DNA of 63,884 nt from Myxococcales bacterium (GTDB taxonomy: Bacteria > Myxococcota > Myxococcia > Myxococcales > 40CM-4-68-19), in NCBI GenBank assembly GCA_035635335.1, contig DASQBG010000223.1, positions 1 to 63,884 of the forward strand. The letters run 5' to 3'. Shown piece after piece: positions 56,175-63,884 of this stretch. The notes under the pieces were generated by a model that saw only the letters and a list, made by a program, of their open reading frames with translations, had not been told where the DNA came from and ran no database searches. A program made the position numbers and the translations under genes. Every line of letters begins with the position of its first letter. Position 1 is the first letter of the stretch.

Positions 56175-57611
56175 TTACACCTCCGTTCCGTCCGGCGCCT
56201 CGACGCCCCCGGAGTGAAGACCTAGTGTACCGCGTGCCAAGGGTTGCTCGCTTGCCCGCGCGCACGCCCTGGCGACCGCGGCCGCCAGGTCTCCTACATC
56301 CGCGGTGCACCGGACGTCGAGCACCACACGGTCGTCCCGCAGCAGCCCGATCACCGGCGGCTCGCCGCGGCGCAGCTCCTCGAGCAGGTCCGCGCCGCGT
56401 TCGACCGCCACGCCGAAGCCCGGCAGCCGCGCGAGCGGCATCGAGCCGCCGCCCACCCTTCCCTCGCTCTCCACCACGGCGCAAGCGATTCCGCGCTCGG
56501 TCAGGTCCAGCGCCAGGCGCGTGGCCCGCTGCGAGAGCTGGTCGGCGCTAACGCCGAGCGCTTCGTTGACCGGCAGCTCGGCGGCGCGGCCCGCCCGATA
56601 CAGCTTCAGGGTGGCTTCCAGGGCAGCGATCAGCATCCGGTCCGCGCGCAGCGCCCGCGCCAGCGGGTGCTTGCGGCAAGCGTCGACCAGGTCGCGCCGC
56701 CCCAGCAGGATGCCCGCCTGCGGACCGCCGAGCAGCTTGTCGCCGCTGACCAGGACCAGGTCGGCGCCGTCCGCCAGCGATCGGGAAGCGGTGGTCTCGG
56801 AAAGGCCTTCGGGCAGCTCCAGCGCGCCGCTGCCCAGGTCGTGCAGGAGCGGGACGCCCCGCTGCCGGGCCAGCGCCGCGAGCTCCGCGACGGTCGCCTC
56901 CTGCGTGAAACCGACCAGCGCGAAGTTGGAGCGGTGCACGCGCAAGAGCAGCGCGCGCGGGAGCCCGTCCAGGGCCGCGGCGTAGTCGGAGAGCCGGGTC
57001 CGGTTGGTGGTTCCCACCTCGACGAGGCGGCACCCGGACTGGGCGAGGATCTCGGGGACGCGGAAGCCGCCGCCGATCTCCACCAGCTCGCCTCGCGAGA
57101 CGACCGCCGCGCCACCGCTGCCGAGCGCGGCCAGGGCCAGGAGCGTCGCGCCGGCGCAGTTGTTCACGGCGTGCGCGGCCTCGGCGCCGAACAGCTCGCA
57201 CAGGAGAGGCTCCACGGCCGCGCTGCGGTGCCCGCGGCGGCCGGTGTCCAGGTCGAGCTCCAGGTTGGAGTAGCCGGAGGCGACCTCGGCGACGCGCGCG
57301 ATCGCGTCCGGATGCAGGGGGGCGCGGCCGAGGTTGGTGTGCAGCACCACTCCGGTCGCGTTGATCACCCGCCGCAGGCGCGGAGCTGCCTCGCGCTGCG
57401 CCCGGGTGAGCACCTCCTGGTCGGGCACCAGCTCGCCCTGGCCATTGGCCCCGCCGGAGAGGATCCGCTCGCGCGCGGCGGCGATCGCCTGCCGGACGGC
57501 GGCCTTGACCGCGGCGCGCCCCACCCGGGCTTCGAGCGCGCGCACCGCCGGGCGCGAGAGCACCTCGTCCACGCTGGGCAGATCGCGCAGGCGGCCTCTG
57601 GCGTCCTCCAT
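56175..57611 (-). CDS. selA: L-seryl-tRNA(Sec) selenium transferase
   Basis: 478 aa with LPSVDEVL at the N-terminus, VINATGVVLHTNLGRAPL, and the PLP site SGDKLLGGPQAG. Confidence 0.93.
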   Translation of the reverse strand: MEDARGRLRDLPSVDEVLSRPAVRALEARVGRAAVKAAVRQAIAAARERILSGGANGQGELVPDQEVLTRAQREAAPRLRRVINATGVVLHTNLGRAPLHPDAIARVAEVASGYSNLELDLDTGRRGHRSAAVEPLLCELFGAEAAHAVNNCAGATLLALAALGSGGAAVVSRGELVEIGGGFRVPEILAQSGCRLVEVGTTNRTRLSDYAAALDGLPRALLLRVHRSNFALVGFTQEATVAELAALARQRGVPLLHDLGSGALELPEGLSETTASRSLADGADLVLVSGDKLLGGPQAGILLGRRDLVDACRKHPLARALRADRMLIAALEATLKLYRAGRAAELPVNEALGVSADQLSQRATRLALDLTERGIACAVVESEGRVGGGSMPLARLPGFGVAVERGADLLEELRRGEPPVIGLLRDDRVVLDVRCTADVGDLAAAVARACARASEQPLARGTLGLHSGGVEAPDGTEV

Positions 57612-57666
57612 GGCAAAAACCTAACCCGGCCTGCGCCGCTCCGCCAACCTGCGGTACGCTGAATCG

Positions 57667-58815
57667 ATGCGGGTCGCGCTCGCCCTGCTCCTCTGCTGCG
57701 CCTGCAGGACGCCGGCCAGACCGCCCCCGCCCAGCGAAGACGAGCTCGATTTCCACCGCCGTTCCCTGGTGGTCGATACGCACTCCGACGTGACCGAGGC
57801 GGTCCGCTACGAGCAATACGACCTGGGCGTCCTGCACCAGGATCACCACCAGGACATCCCGCGCATGCGCCACGGCGGACTTTCGGCAGAGTTCCTGTCC
57901 ATCTTCGTGCAGCCGGGCAGGTTCCGCGCCGAGCAGTTCTTCGACGAGGCGCAGACGCAGATCGACGCGGTACGAAAAGCCGTGGCGGCCCACCCGGCGG
58001 AGCTGGCGCTGGCGCGCACGGCCCGGGAGGTCCGGGAAAACGCGGGCCGGGGCCTGATCAGCGTCCTGCTCGGAGTCGAGGGAGCGCACATGCTCCTCCC
58101 CGGGACCGAGGACGAGCAGCTGGACCACCTGCGCGTGTTCGCCTTCCAGGGCGTGCGCTACCTCACCTTGACCTGGGCGAGCTCGAACCCGGTCGGCGGA
58201 TCGTCCGGCGACGACGGCGAGACGCAGGGGCTGACGGGCCTGGGTCGCCGGGTGATCGGGGAGATGGAGAAGCTCGGGGTGATGGTCGATCTGGCCCACG
58301 CCTCGGACCCGCTCTTCTGGGACGCGCTGCGGGCGGTGACCAGGCCGGTGCTGGTCTCGCACTCCTCGTCGCGCGCCCTCGCGAACCATCCGCGCAACCT
58401 CACCGACGCGCAGCTCAAGGCGGTGGCGCGCAACGGGGGCGCGACGTGCGTGAACTTCTCCCGCGGGTTTTTGGACGACGCGTTCCGCAAGGCGGCGATC
58501 CCGGTGGCGAACCAGACCAGGGACCTGCGCACGTCCGACCGCCGCAAGGCGTTCCAGGCCGCCAACCTGCCCGACGTGCCGGTCTCGCGCCTCATCGATC
58601 ACATCGAGCACATGGTGGCGGTGGCCGGCGCGGACCACGTTTGCCTCGGCTCGGACTTCGACGGCGTGCCGATGGTCCCCTCGGGCCTGGAGGACGTGAG
58701 CAAGCTGCCCGTCATCACCTCCGAGCTCCTCCGCCGCGGCATGCCCCGCCCCGACATCTCGAAAATCCTCGGCCTCAACGTCCTCCGAGTCCTCGAGGCG
58801 AACGAACGCCGCTGA
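57667..58815 (+). CDS. Membrane (renal-type) dipeptidase, peptidase M19, lipoprotein
   Basis: 382 aa with signal MRVALALLLCCAC. Motifs are VVDTHSD, LGVEGAH, MVDLAHAS, VSHSSSRAL and LGSDFDG. Confidence 0.9.
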   Translation: MRVALALLLCCACRTPARPPPPSEDELDFHRRSLVVDTHSDVTEAVRYEQYDLGVLHQDHHQDIPRMRHGGLSAEFLSIFVQPGRFRAEQFFDEAQTQIDAVRKAVAAHPAELALARTAREVRENAGRGLISVLLGVEGAHMLLPGTEDEQLDHLRVFAFQGVRYLTLTWASSNPVGGSSGDDGETQGLTGLGRRVIGEMEKLGVMVDLAHASDPLFWDALRAVTRPVLVSHSSSRALANHPRNLTDAQLKAVARNGGATCVNFSRGFLDDAFRKAAIPVANQTRDLRTSDRRKAFQAANLPDVPVSRLIDHIEHMVAVAGADHVCLGSDFDGVPMVPSGLEDVSKLPVITSELLRRGMPRPDISKILGLNVLRVLEANERR

Positions 58816-58834
58816 TCTGGGACTAGAAGCGTTG

Positions 58835-58910
58835 CACGCAGAGCACGCGGAGCGCGCAGAGATTTTCTTTTTCAAAAAACCAACTCTGCGCGCTCTGCGT
58901 GCTCTGCGTG
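58835..58910. repeat. Palindromic intergenic element, family A copy 3 (short form)
   Basis: The left arm is CACGCAGAG-CACGCGGAG-CGCGCAGAG (58835..58861). The right arm is CTCTGCGCG-CTCTGCGTG-CTCTGCGTG (58884..58910). There is only a 22-nt AT-rich loop (attttctttttcaaaaaaccaa). It lies between convergent genes. Confidence 0.9.
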
Positions 58911-58920
58911 AACCAGCAGT

Positions 58921-61596
58921 TCAGGCACCGCGGCGTGGATCGCGGATGTCGCGGCTGCCCTGTTGGGGCTTCTGGGGGGTGGCGAGCTCCTGGCCGAGTT
59001 GGGGGGCGCGGGAGGTGCCGGAGCCGTAGAGGTACTGGTAGGCGGCGAAGCTGCGCAGGCATCGCTTCACGTAGGCTCGCGTCTCGTCGAGGGGGATCTC
59101 CTCGACGAAGGCGTCGAGCGGCAGTGCGCCGCGCGCCTTCATCCACCCCGCCACCGCGCCCGGGCCGGCGTTGTACGAGGCGAGCGCCAGCGCCGGATGG
59201 TGGAAGCGCCGGTACATCTGTCCCAGGTACGCGGCGCCGATGCGGATGTTCACCTCGGGGTCGACCAGTCGCTCCGTGGTGTAGCCGCGCAGCTTCAGGC
59301 GCTGCGCGATCTCTCGTGCAGTCGACGGCATGAGCTGCGTCAGGCCCAGAGCGCCCGCCGAGGACAGCGCGGCCGGATCGAGCGCGCTCTCCTCCCGCAT
59401 CAGCGCCTGCAGCAGATCGGCGGGGATCGAGGCGTGGTGCGCCGCCTTCGCGATCTGGTCGCGGAAGGCGAGCGGGTACGCCAGTCCCGCGGCGCGCAGG
59501 GCGAGCGGCTCGGAGGTCCGCCGGAGCAGCCCCCGCAGCTCGGTGCGGATGAGCGCGTGCGCGTTGCGCAGGTCACCGGCGCGCGCGGAGAGGTCCGCCA
59601 GCAGCACCAGCCCCTCCTCGCCTTCCAGTCCCAGAGCCCGGGCGGGGGCGCGGTCGACGGCGAGCAGCTCGCGCGCGGCCTCCGGCCTCATCCCGAGCCG
59701 CAGCAACTCGACCGCGGCGAGCAAGTGTGGGTCGCGCGCCAGGGCGCCGGCGCGCAGCGGCGCGCGCGAGCGCAGCATCGCCGCGATGCGCGGAGTCTCC
59801 TCTTCCTCGAGCGCCCGGAGCCGCTCCGGGTCGAGCTGCGCCAGGCGCCCCCGCGCCAGCAGCCCGTGATAGGTGAGCGGGCGCAGCTCGACCAGCCAGA
59901 TCAGATCGGCCCGGGCGGCCTCGCGCGACGCGGCGCGCGCGGCGTCGCTCTCCGCGCCGTCCGGCTCGAGCAGCGCGCGGGCGCGCCAGTACCGGGCGCG
60001 CTCCTCCTCGGCGCCGTCCAGGTCGGGATGCGCGGCCAGCTCGTCGAGGAAGATCACGCCCTGCCGCGGATGTCCCTCGGCGAAGTGCGACCAGAAGAGG
60101 CGGAACTGCGCCTCGGTGCGCAGGTCGCTGCCGGGGTGGTGCTCGACGATGTCGTGCAAGAACGCGCGCTCGCCGGCATGGTCGCCCGCTCGCCGGCGCG
60201 CCAGCGCCTGCGCGAAGATCGCGTCGTCCGAGAGAGTGGACCCCGGGAAGTTCCGGTGCAGCGCCTCCCAGAGCGAGGCGACCTGCGCGTCCTGGGCCAT
60301 GGTCTGCAGTTGCGCGAGCAGGTAGAGGGCCCGCGCGCGCAGATCGGGATCGGCGCAGCGCAGCACCACCGGCGCCAGCGCCGCGCGGGCCTTGCCGTAG
60401 TCGCGCTCCTTGCGCAGGGCACGTCCCCGGTCGAGCCCGGCGCGGCAGGCCAGCGGGTCCGCCGGCTCCTGCGGGACCCGCGAGACGTCTTCGGCCGTCG
60501 GCTGGTGCTCGACCGGCAGGCCGCCCGGGGCGAGGAGCGAAAGCGCCGCCTTGAGCAGCGCCGCGGGCGTCCGGTCGCCGGGGCACCCGCCCAGGCAGAG
60601 CGAGGGGAGCTTGAGGCGCGAGAGCTGGTCGAGCGCCTCGCGGTTGCGGTGCGCGTCGAGCAGCGTCTCGGCGCGGCGGACCAGCTTCACGGGCGGGATG
60701 GGCTCGCCCGGGCCCAGCTGCCGCTCTCTCGCGCGCGCCGAGTCGGCGGCCGGCGAGAGCGGGTGATCCAGCCAGGCGGCGCGCCAGTGCGCCCGCGCTT
60801 TCTCCTTGGCGCCCGCGGCGAGCTGCGCGTCGCCGGCGAGGAGATGGGCGGTCGCGACGTCGGCCCGCACCTTGCCGCTGAAGATCGGCTCCAGCACCTC
60901 TTCGACCTGCGCCGCCAGGCGCGGGCCGGCGACATGCGCCTTCTGGAGCTGGCGAGCGCGCTCCAGCACCGCCTGGTCCGCATCGACGTACCGGGCCGGG
61001 ACCTGCGCGAGCAGCCGATCGGCGGCGGCCACCTCTCCGCCGTCGATGGCGCACAAGGCGGCGAGGTGCAGCGCGCGGTCGGCGAGCGGTCCGCCGCCCG
61101 CCGCCAGCTCTTCGAAGGCCGCGCGCGCCGCCCGCGGCCGGTCCGCCGCGCGCAAGGCGAGCGCCCGTAACCAGCGCGCCGGGAAATCCTCCAGCCGCCG
61201 GGGGAGGAGCTTCAGCGCCTGGGCGGCGCGGCCCGCCTGCAACGCCTCCGCGGCCCGCCTCAGCGGCCCCGCGGCGAACCACGAGGCCAGCTCGGCCTCG
61301 CCGTACCCGGCGGCGGACGCGGTCTTTGTCTCCGGTTGCGCGACCTTTGTCGCTGGCTCCTGCGCGGCCTTAGTCTCGGGCTCCTGCGCGGCCTTTGTCT
61401 CGGGCTCCTGCGCGGCCTTTGTCGCGGGCGGGGCGGCGTTTCCCTCGGGCTGGGTGGCGTTTCCCTCGGGCTGGGCGGCATCGCCCTCCGGCTGCGCGAC
61501 CTTTCCCTCGGGCTGCGCGGCAGCATCTTCCGCGCGCAGCCGAGCCGTGCCGAGCGACACGAGGGCAAGCAGGAGGACCGTTCTGGAGACGGGCAT
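58921..61596 (-). CDS. Soluble lytic murein transglycosylase (Slt70-like) with a repeat-rich N-terminus
   Basis: The ATG at 61596 gives MPVSRTVLLLALVSLGTARLRA (signal). A long superhelical Ala/Leu/Arg-rich region follows. The C-terminal SLT domain reads LLQALMREESALDP...GALGLTQLMPSTA...SYNAGPGAV. Track ORF 58921..61683 is slightly over-extended. Confidence 0.88.
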   Translation of the reverse strand: MPVSRTVLLLALVSLGTARLRAEDAAAQPEGKVAQPEGDAAQPEGNATQPEGNAAPPATKAAQEPETKAAQEPETKAAQEPATKVAQPETKTASAAGYGEAELASWFAAGPLRRAAEALQAGRAAQALKLLPRRLEDFPARWLRALALRAADRPRAARAAFEELAAGGGPLADRALHLAALCAIDGGEVAAADRLLAQVPARYVDADQAVLERARQLQKAHVAGPRLAAQVEEVLEPIFSGKVRADVATAHLLAGDAQLAAGAKEKARAHWRAAWLDHPLSPAADSARARERQLGPGEPIPPVKLVRRAETLLDAHRNREALDQLSRLKLPSLCLGGCPGDRTPAALLKAALSLLAPGGLPVEHQPTAEDVSRVPQEPADPLACRAGLDRGRALRKERDYGKARAALAPVVLRCADPDLRARALYLLAQLQTMAQDAQVASLWEALHRNFPGSTLSDDAIFAQALARRRAGDHAGERAFLHDIVEHHPGSDLRTEAQFRLFWSHFAEGHPRQGVIFLDELAAHPDLDGAEEERARYWRARALLEPDGAESDAARAASREAARADLIWLVELRPLTYHGLLARGRLAQLDPERLRALEEEETPRIAAMLRSRAPLRAGALARDPHLLAAVELLRLGMRPEAARELLAVDRAPARALGLEGEEGLVLLADLSARAGDLRNAHALIRTELRGLLRRTSEPLALRAAGLAYPLAFRDQIAKAAHHASIPADLLQALMREESALDPAALSSAGALGLTQLMPSTAREIAQRLKLRGYTTERLVDPEVNIRIGAAYLGQMYRRFHHPALALASYNAGPGAVAGWMKARGALPLDAFVEEIPLDETRAYVKRCLRSFAAYQYLYGSGTSRAPQLGQELATPQKPQQGSRDIRDPRRGA

Positions 61597-61722
61597 GGCG
61601 CGTTCAGGAAGGTAAGGAACTGTGGCACCCGCCCAGGGCGGAGTCCAGTTCGGGAACCACGCGCGCAACGCCCTGCATTCCACGACTGAACGCGACCCAC
61701 CCGCGTGTTACCCTCGGAAAGC

Positions 61723-63884
61723 GTGGACGCACGGACACAGAGCGCGTTGCTCGCCGCCATCGTCACCCTGGCGCTGGCGGTGGCGATGCTGCTGCGCAAG
61801 GGCCGCACGCGCCTGTGGACGGCGTTTGCGCTCCTGAACGTCGCGCTGCTCGTCTACGAATTGGGCGATTTCCTCGCCGGCGTCCTGCACCTCGCCTGGC
61901 CGCTGCGGCTCACGCTGGTGGCGGCGGGATTCGTGCCCAGCGCCGTCCTCGGCTTCCTGGTCGAGTTCCAGGGAGACGCGGGACGCGGGCTGGGACTGCG
62001 GCGGCTGGGCACCGCGTCCGGCCTGGTGACCCTGGCCCTGGCGCTTTCGCCCATCGCGCTGCATCCCTGGGTGCGCATCACCGTCGCCAGCGCGGTCTTC
62101 CTCCAGCTCACCGCGGCCGTCTCGCTCCTCTACGCGCGCATGCGCCGCGCCGCCAGCCGCACGGAACGCGCCCGACTCTTCTACCTGTGGGTCGGCGCCG
62201 CGCTGTGCGTCGGCCTCACCTTCGGCGAGCTGCTCATCCGGCTCGCCGGGTGGCCGCCGCCGCCGTTCGCCAACGTGGCGCTGACCATCTACCTCTACTT
62301 CCTCTCGCAGACGATCCAGCGCCACCGGCTGCTCGATCTGAACGAGCTGCTCGGGAAGATCGTCGTGCTCGCCAGCGTCGGGCTGGTGCTGGCCGCCATC
62401 TACGGGCTCCTGGTGCGGTGGACCGGCGGGGGGAGCACGGGGCTCTTCCTCTTCAACACACTGGTCGCCTCGTTCGTGATCCTCATCCTCTTCGAGCCGC
62501 TCAAGGCGAAGGTCGAAGAGCGCGTGCTGGCCCTCTTCTTCGCCGAGCGGTTCCAGCTGGTGCAGGCGCTGCAGACGCTGCGCACCCGGATGGCGAGCGT
62601 GGTCGACGTCCGGCGGCTCGGCCAGGTGATGCTGGACGGGATCTACGAGACGAGGCGCGTGACGCACGCGTCCTTGTACCTGCTCAGCGACGACGGGCTC
62701 GGCTACCGGCGGCTCGACCACCGCGGACCCGTGCCCGCCCCGTACATCGACGCGGCCACCGCTCGCGTGCTGGTGCAGAGCGCGCAGGCCGGCCAGAAGG
62801 CGCAGCTGGTCGAGCTGGTGGAACGGAGGCTCGCCGAGCTGCGGCAGCTCCTCCCCGACGAGGAGGAGGGGCGCACGCCGGCAGAGCGCGACCCGCGCGC
62901 GGAAGCTCTCGCCGAGGAGCGTTCGCGCCTGTCGGAGCTGGGCGCGGCGATGGCGGCGATGCGCGCGGGAGTGACCATCCCGCTCGTGGCCGGGCAGCGA
63001 GTGGTCGGGTTCCTCTGCCTGCTCGACGACCGCGTGCCGGAGGCGTTCGCCTCCGACGAGCTGGCCGCCATGCTGCAGGTGGGCGAGCAGGCCGCGATCA
63101 CCATCGAGAACAGCCGCCTCTACGAGCGCATGAAGGAGCGCGACCGCCTCGCCGCCCTGGGCGAGATGGCGGCCGGGCTGGCGCACGAGATCCGCAACCC
63201 GCTGGGCGCCATCAAGGGCGCCGCGCAGTACCTCGACCCGGCGTCGCTGCGCGAGGGGGACGCGGAGATCCTGCAGATCATCGTCGAGGAGGTGAACCGC
63301 CTCGACGGCGTGGTGGCCCAGTTCCTCGATTACTCGCGCCCGATGAGCCCCGGGGCGACCGAGAAGCTGACGCCGACCGACTTGAACGACGTCCTCTCGC
63401 GCACGGTGAAGCTCATCGAGGGGTCGCTGCCGCCCAACGTGCGCCTGGAGCTGTCGCTGGAGCCCGAGGTGCCGCGCATCCTGGGCGACGCGGAGCAGCT
63501 CAAGCAGGTGTTCATCAACCTGGCGCTCAATGCGGTGCAGGCGATGCCCGACGGCGGGCGCCTTGCCGTGCGCACCCGCAGGCCCCGGCAGCCGCTCGAG
63601 CTGGGCCTTTCCGACGCGTCCCCGCGCTACGCCGCCGACCAGGTCGAGGTCCGGTTCGCGGACACCGGCGCCGGGATCCCGGAAGAGGCGAAGGACCGCA
63701 TCTTCATCCCGTTCTATACGACCAAGTCCAAAGGCACCGGCCTGGGCCTGGCCATCTCGCAGCGGATCGTGAAGGCGCACGGCGGCAGCATCGAGGTGCA
63801 GAGCCGCCTCGGCGAGGGCAGCGAGTTCATCCTCCGCTTCCCGTCCGCCACCGCGGTCGACGTGGCCGGCCGCCTGGGCCTCAC
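61723..63884 (+). CDS. Membrane-bound GAF sensor histidine kinase. The 3' end runs off the window.
   Basis: Not in the ORF track, because there is no stop in the window. Manual translation from GTG 61723 (alternative GTG 61705) gives about 6 TM helices, a GAF-like region (GVTIPLVAGQRVVGFLCLLD), the H-box EMAAGLAHEIRNPLGAIKG, the N-box QVFINLALNAVQAM, and the G-boxes DTGAGIP and GTGLGLAISQRIVKAHGG. The antisense ORF 61708..63780(-) is spurious. Confidence 0.88.
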   Translation, partial: MDARTQSALLAAIVTLALAVAMLLRKGRTRLWTAFALLNVALLVYELGDFLAGVLHLAWPLRLTLVAAGFVPSAVLGFLVEFQGDAGRGLGLRRLGTASGLVTLALALSPIALHPWVRITVASAVFLQLTAAVSLLYARMRRAASRTERARLFYLWVGAALCVGLTFGELLIRLAGWPPPPFANVALTIYLYFLSQTIQRHRLLDLNELLGKIVVLASVGLVLAAIYGLLVRWTGGGSTGLFLFNTLVASFVILILFEPLKAKVEERVLALFFAERFQLVQALQTLRTRMASVVDVRRLGQVMLDGIYETRRVTHASLYLLSDDGLGYRRLDHRGPVPAPYIDAATARVLVQSAQAGQKAQLVELVERRLAELRQLLPDEEEGRTPAERDPRAEALAEERSRLSELGAAMAAMRAGVTIPLVAGQRVVGFLCLLDDRVPEAFASDELAAMLQVGEQAAITIENSRLYERMKERDRLAALGEMAAGLAHEIRNPLGAIKGAAQYLDPASLREGDAEILQIIVEEVNRLDGVVAQFLDYSRPMSPGATEKLTPTDLNDVLSRTVKLIEGSLPPNVRLELSLEPEVPRILGDAEQLKQVFINLALNAVQAMPDGGRLAVRTRRPRQPLELGLSDASPRYAADQVEVRFADTGAGIPEEAKDRIFIPFYTTKSKGTGLGLAISQRIVKAHGGSIEVQSRLGEGSEFILRFPSATAVDVAGRLGL

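Noticed and set aside
49797-58815. A selenoprotein gene (in-frame TGA) near selA
   Set aside because: None of the recognised genes in the window shows a split ORF pair joined by a TGA, and no FDH-, GrdB- or SelW-type families are present.

Overview
This is a very GC-rich chromosomal segment: third codon positions are almost all G/C, and by eye it is well above 70 % G+C. Gene content and protein families look myxobacterial (Myxococcota). An Anaeromyxobacter- or Cystobacterineae-like source is my guess and cannot be verified here.

I support about 60 genes, roughly 85 % on the minus strand. They are tightly packed, with many 4-nt ATGA/GTGA stop-start overlaps.

Most of the window is core housekeeping:
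- tRNA-Cys
- phoH and a 7TM-HD hydrolase
- mazG, rpsT, lptE-leuS, asnS
- glyA-nrdR-ribD-ribE-ribBA-ribH-nusB
- yceD-rpmF-plsX-fabH-fabD-[X]-acpP-fabF
- rpsA, cmk
- selA-HNH-(small ORF)-rluD-rsm22-like-miaA-accA
- an M19 dipeptidase, an Slt-type lytic transglycosylase and a GAF histidine kinase

The clearly accessory part is 1.5-14.5 kb. It holds a nine-gene minus-strand operon whose order copies the Myxococcus Nfs/Glt envelope-spanning machinery: two outer-membrane barrels, three TPR proteins, a small secreted protein, an FHA-TM-TonB_C protein and a small barrel. The operon ends in a RelA/SpoT-fold protein of unknown function. It is flanked by a Cys-rich lipoprotein, a DUF192 protein, a PilZ protein and a membrane HExxH/TPR protein.

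Other points worth a second look:
- a family of intergenic palindromes whose arms are 3 x 9-nt tandem units (NNCGCAGAG), in three copies plus one variant
- a second shared hairpin (GGGGACACCAT) after both rpsT and rpsA
- a cysteine-repeat lipoprotein sitting where fabG normally lies
- in-frame microsatellites in an MFS transporter and in the Slt protein
- a plsX N-terminus that extends upstream of any canonical start codon

The supplied six-frame track contains many long R/A/G/P-rich antisense or over-extended ORFs, typical of high-GC DNA. I re-derived starts where a signal peptide or conserved N-terminus made that possible. All family assignments come from motif recognition by eye; no searches were run.
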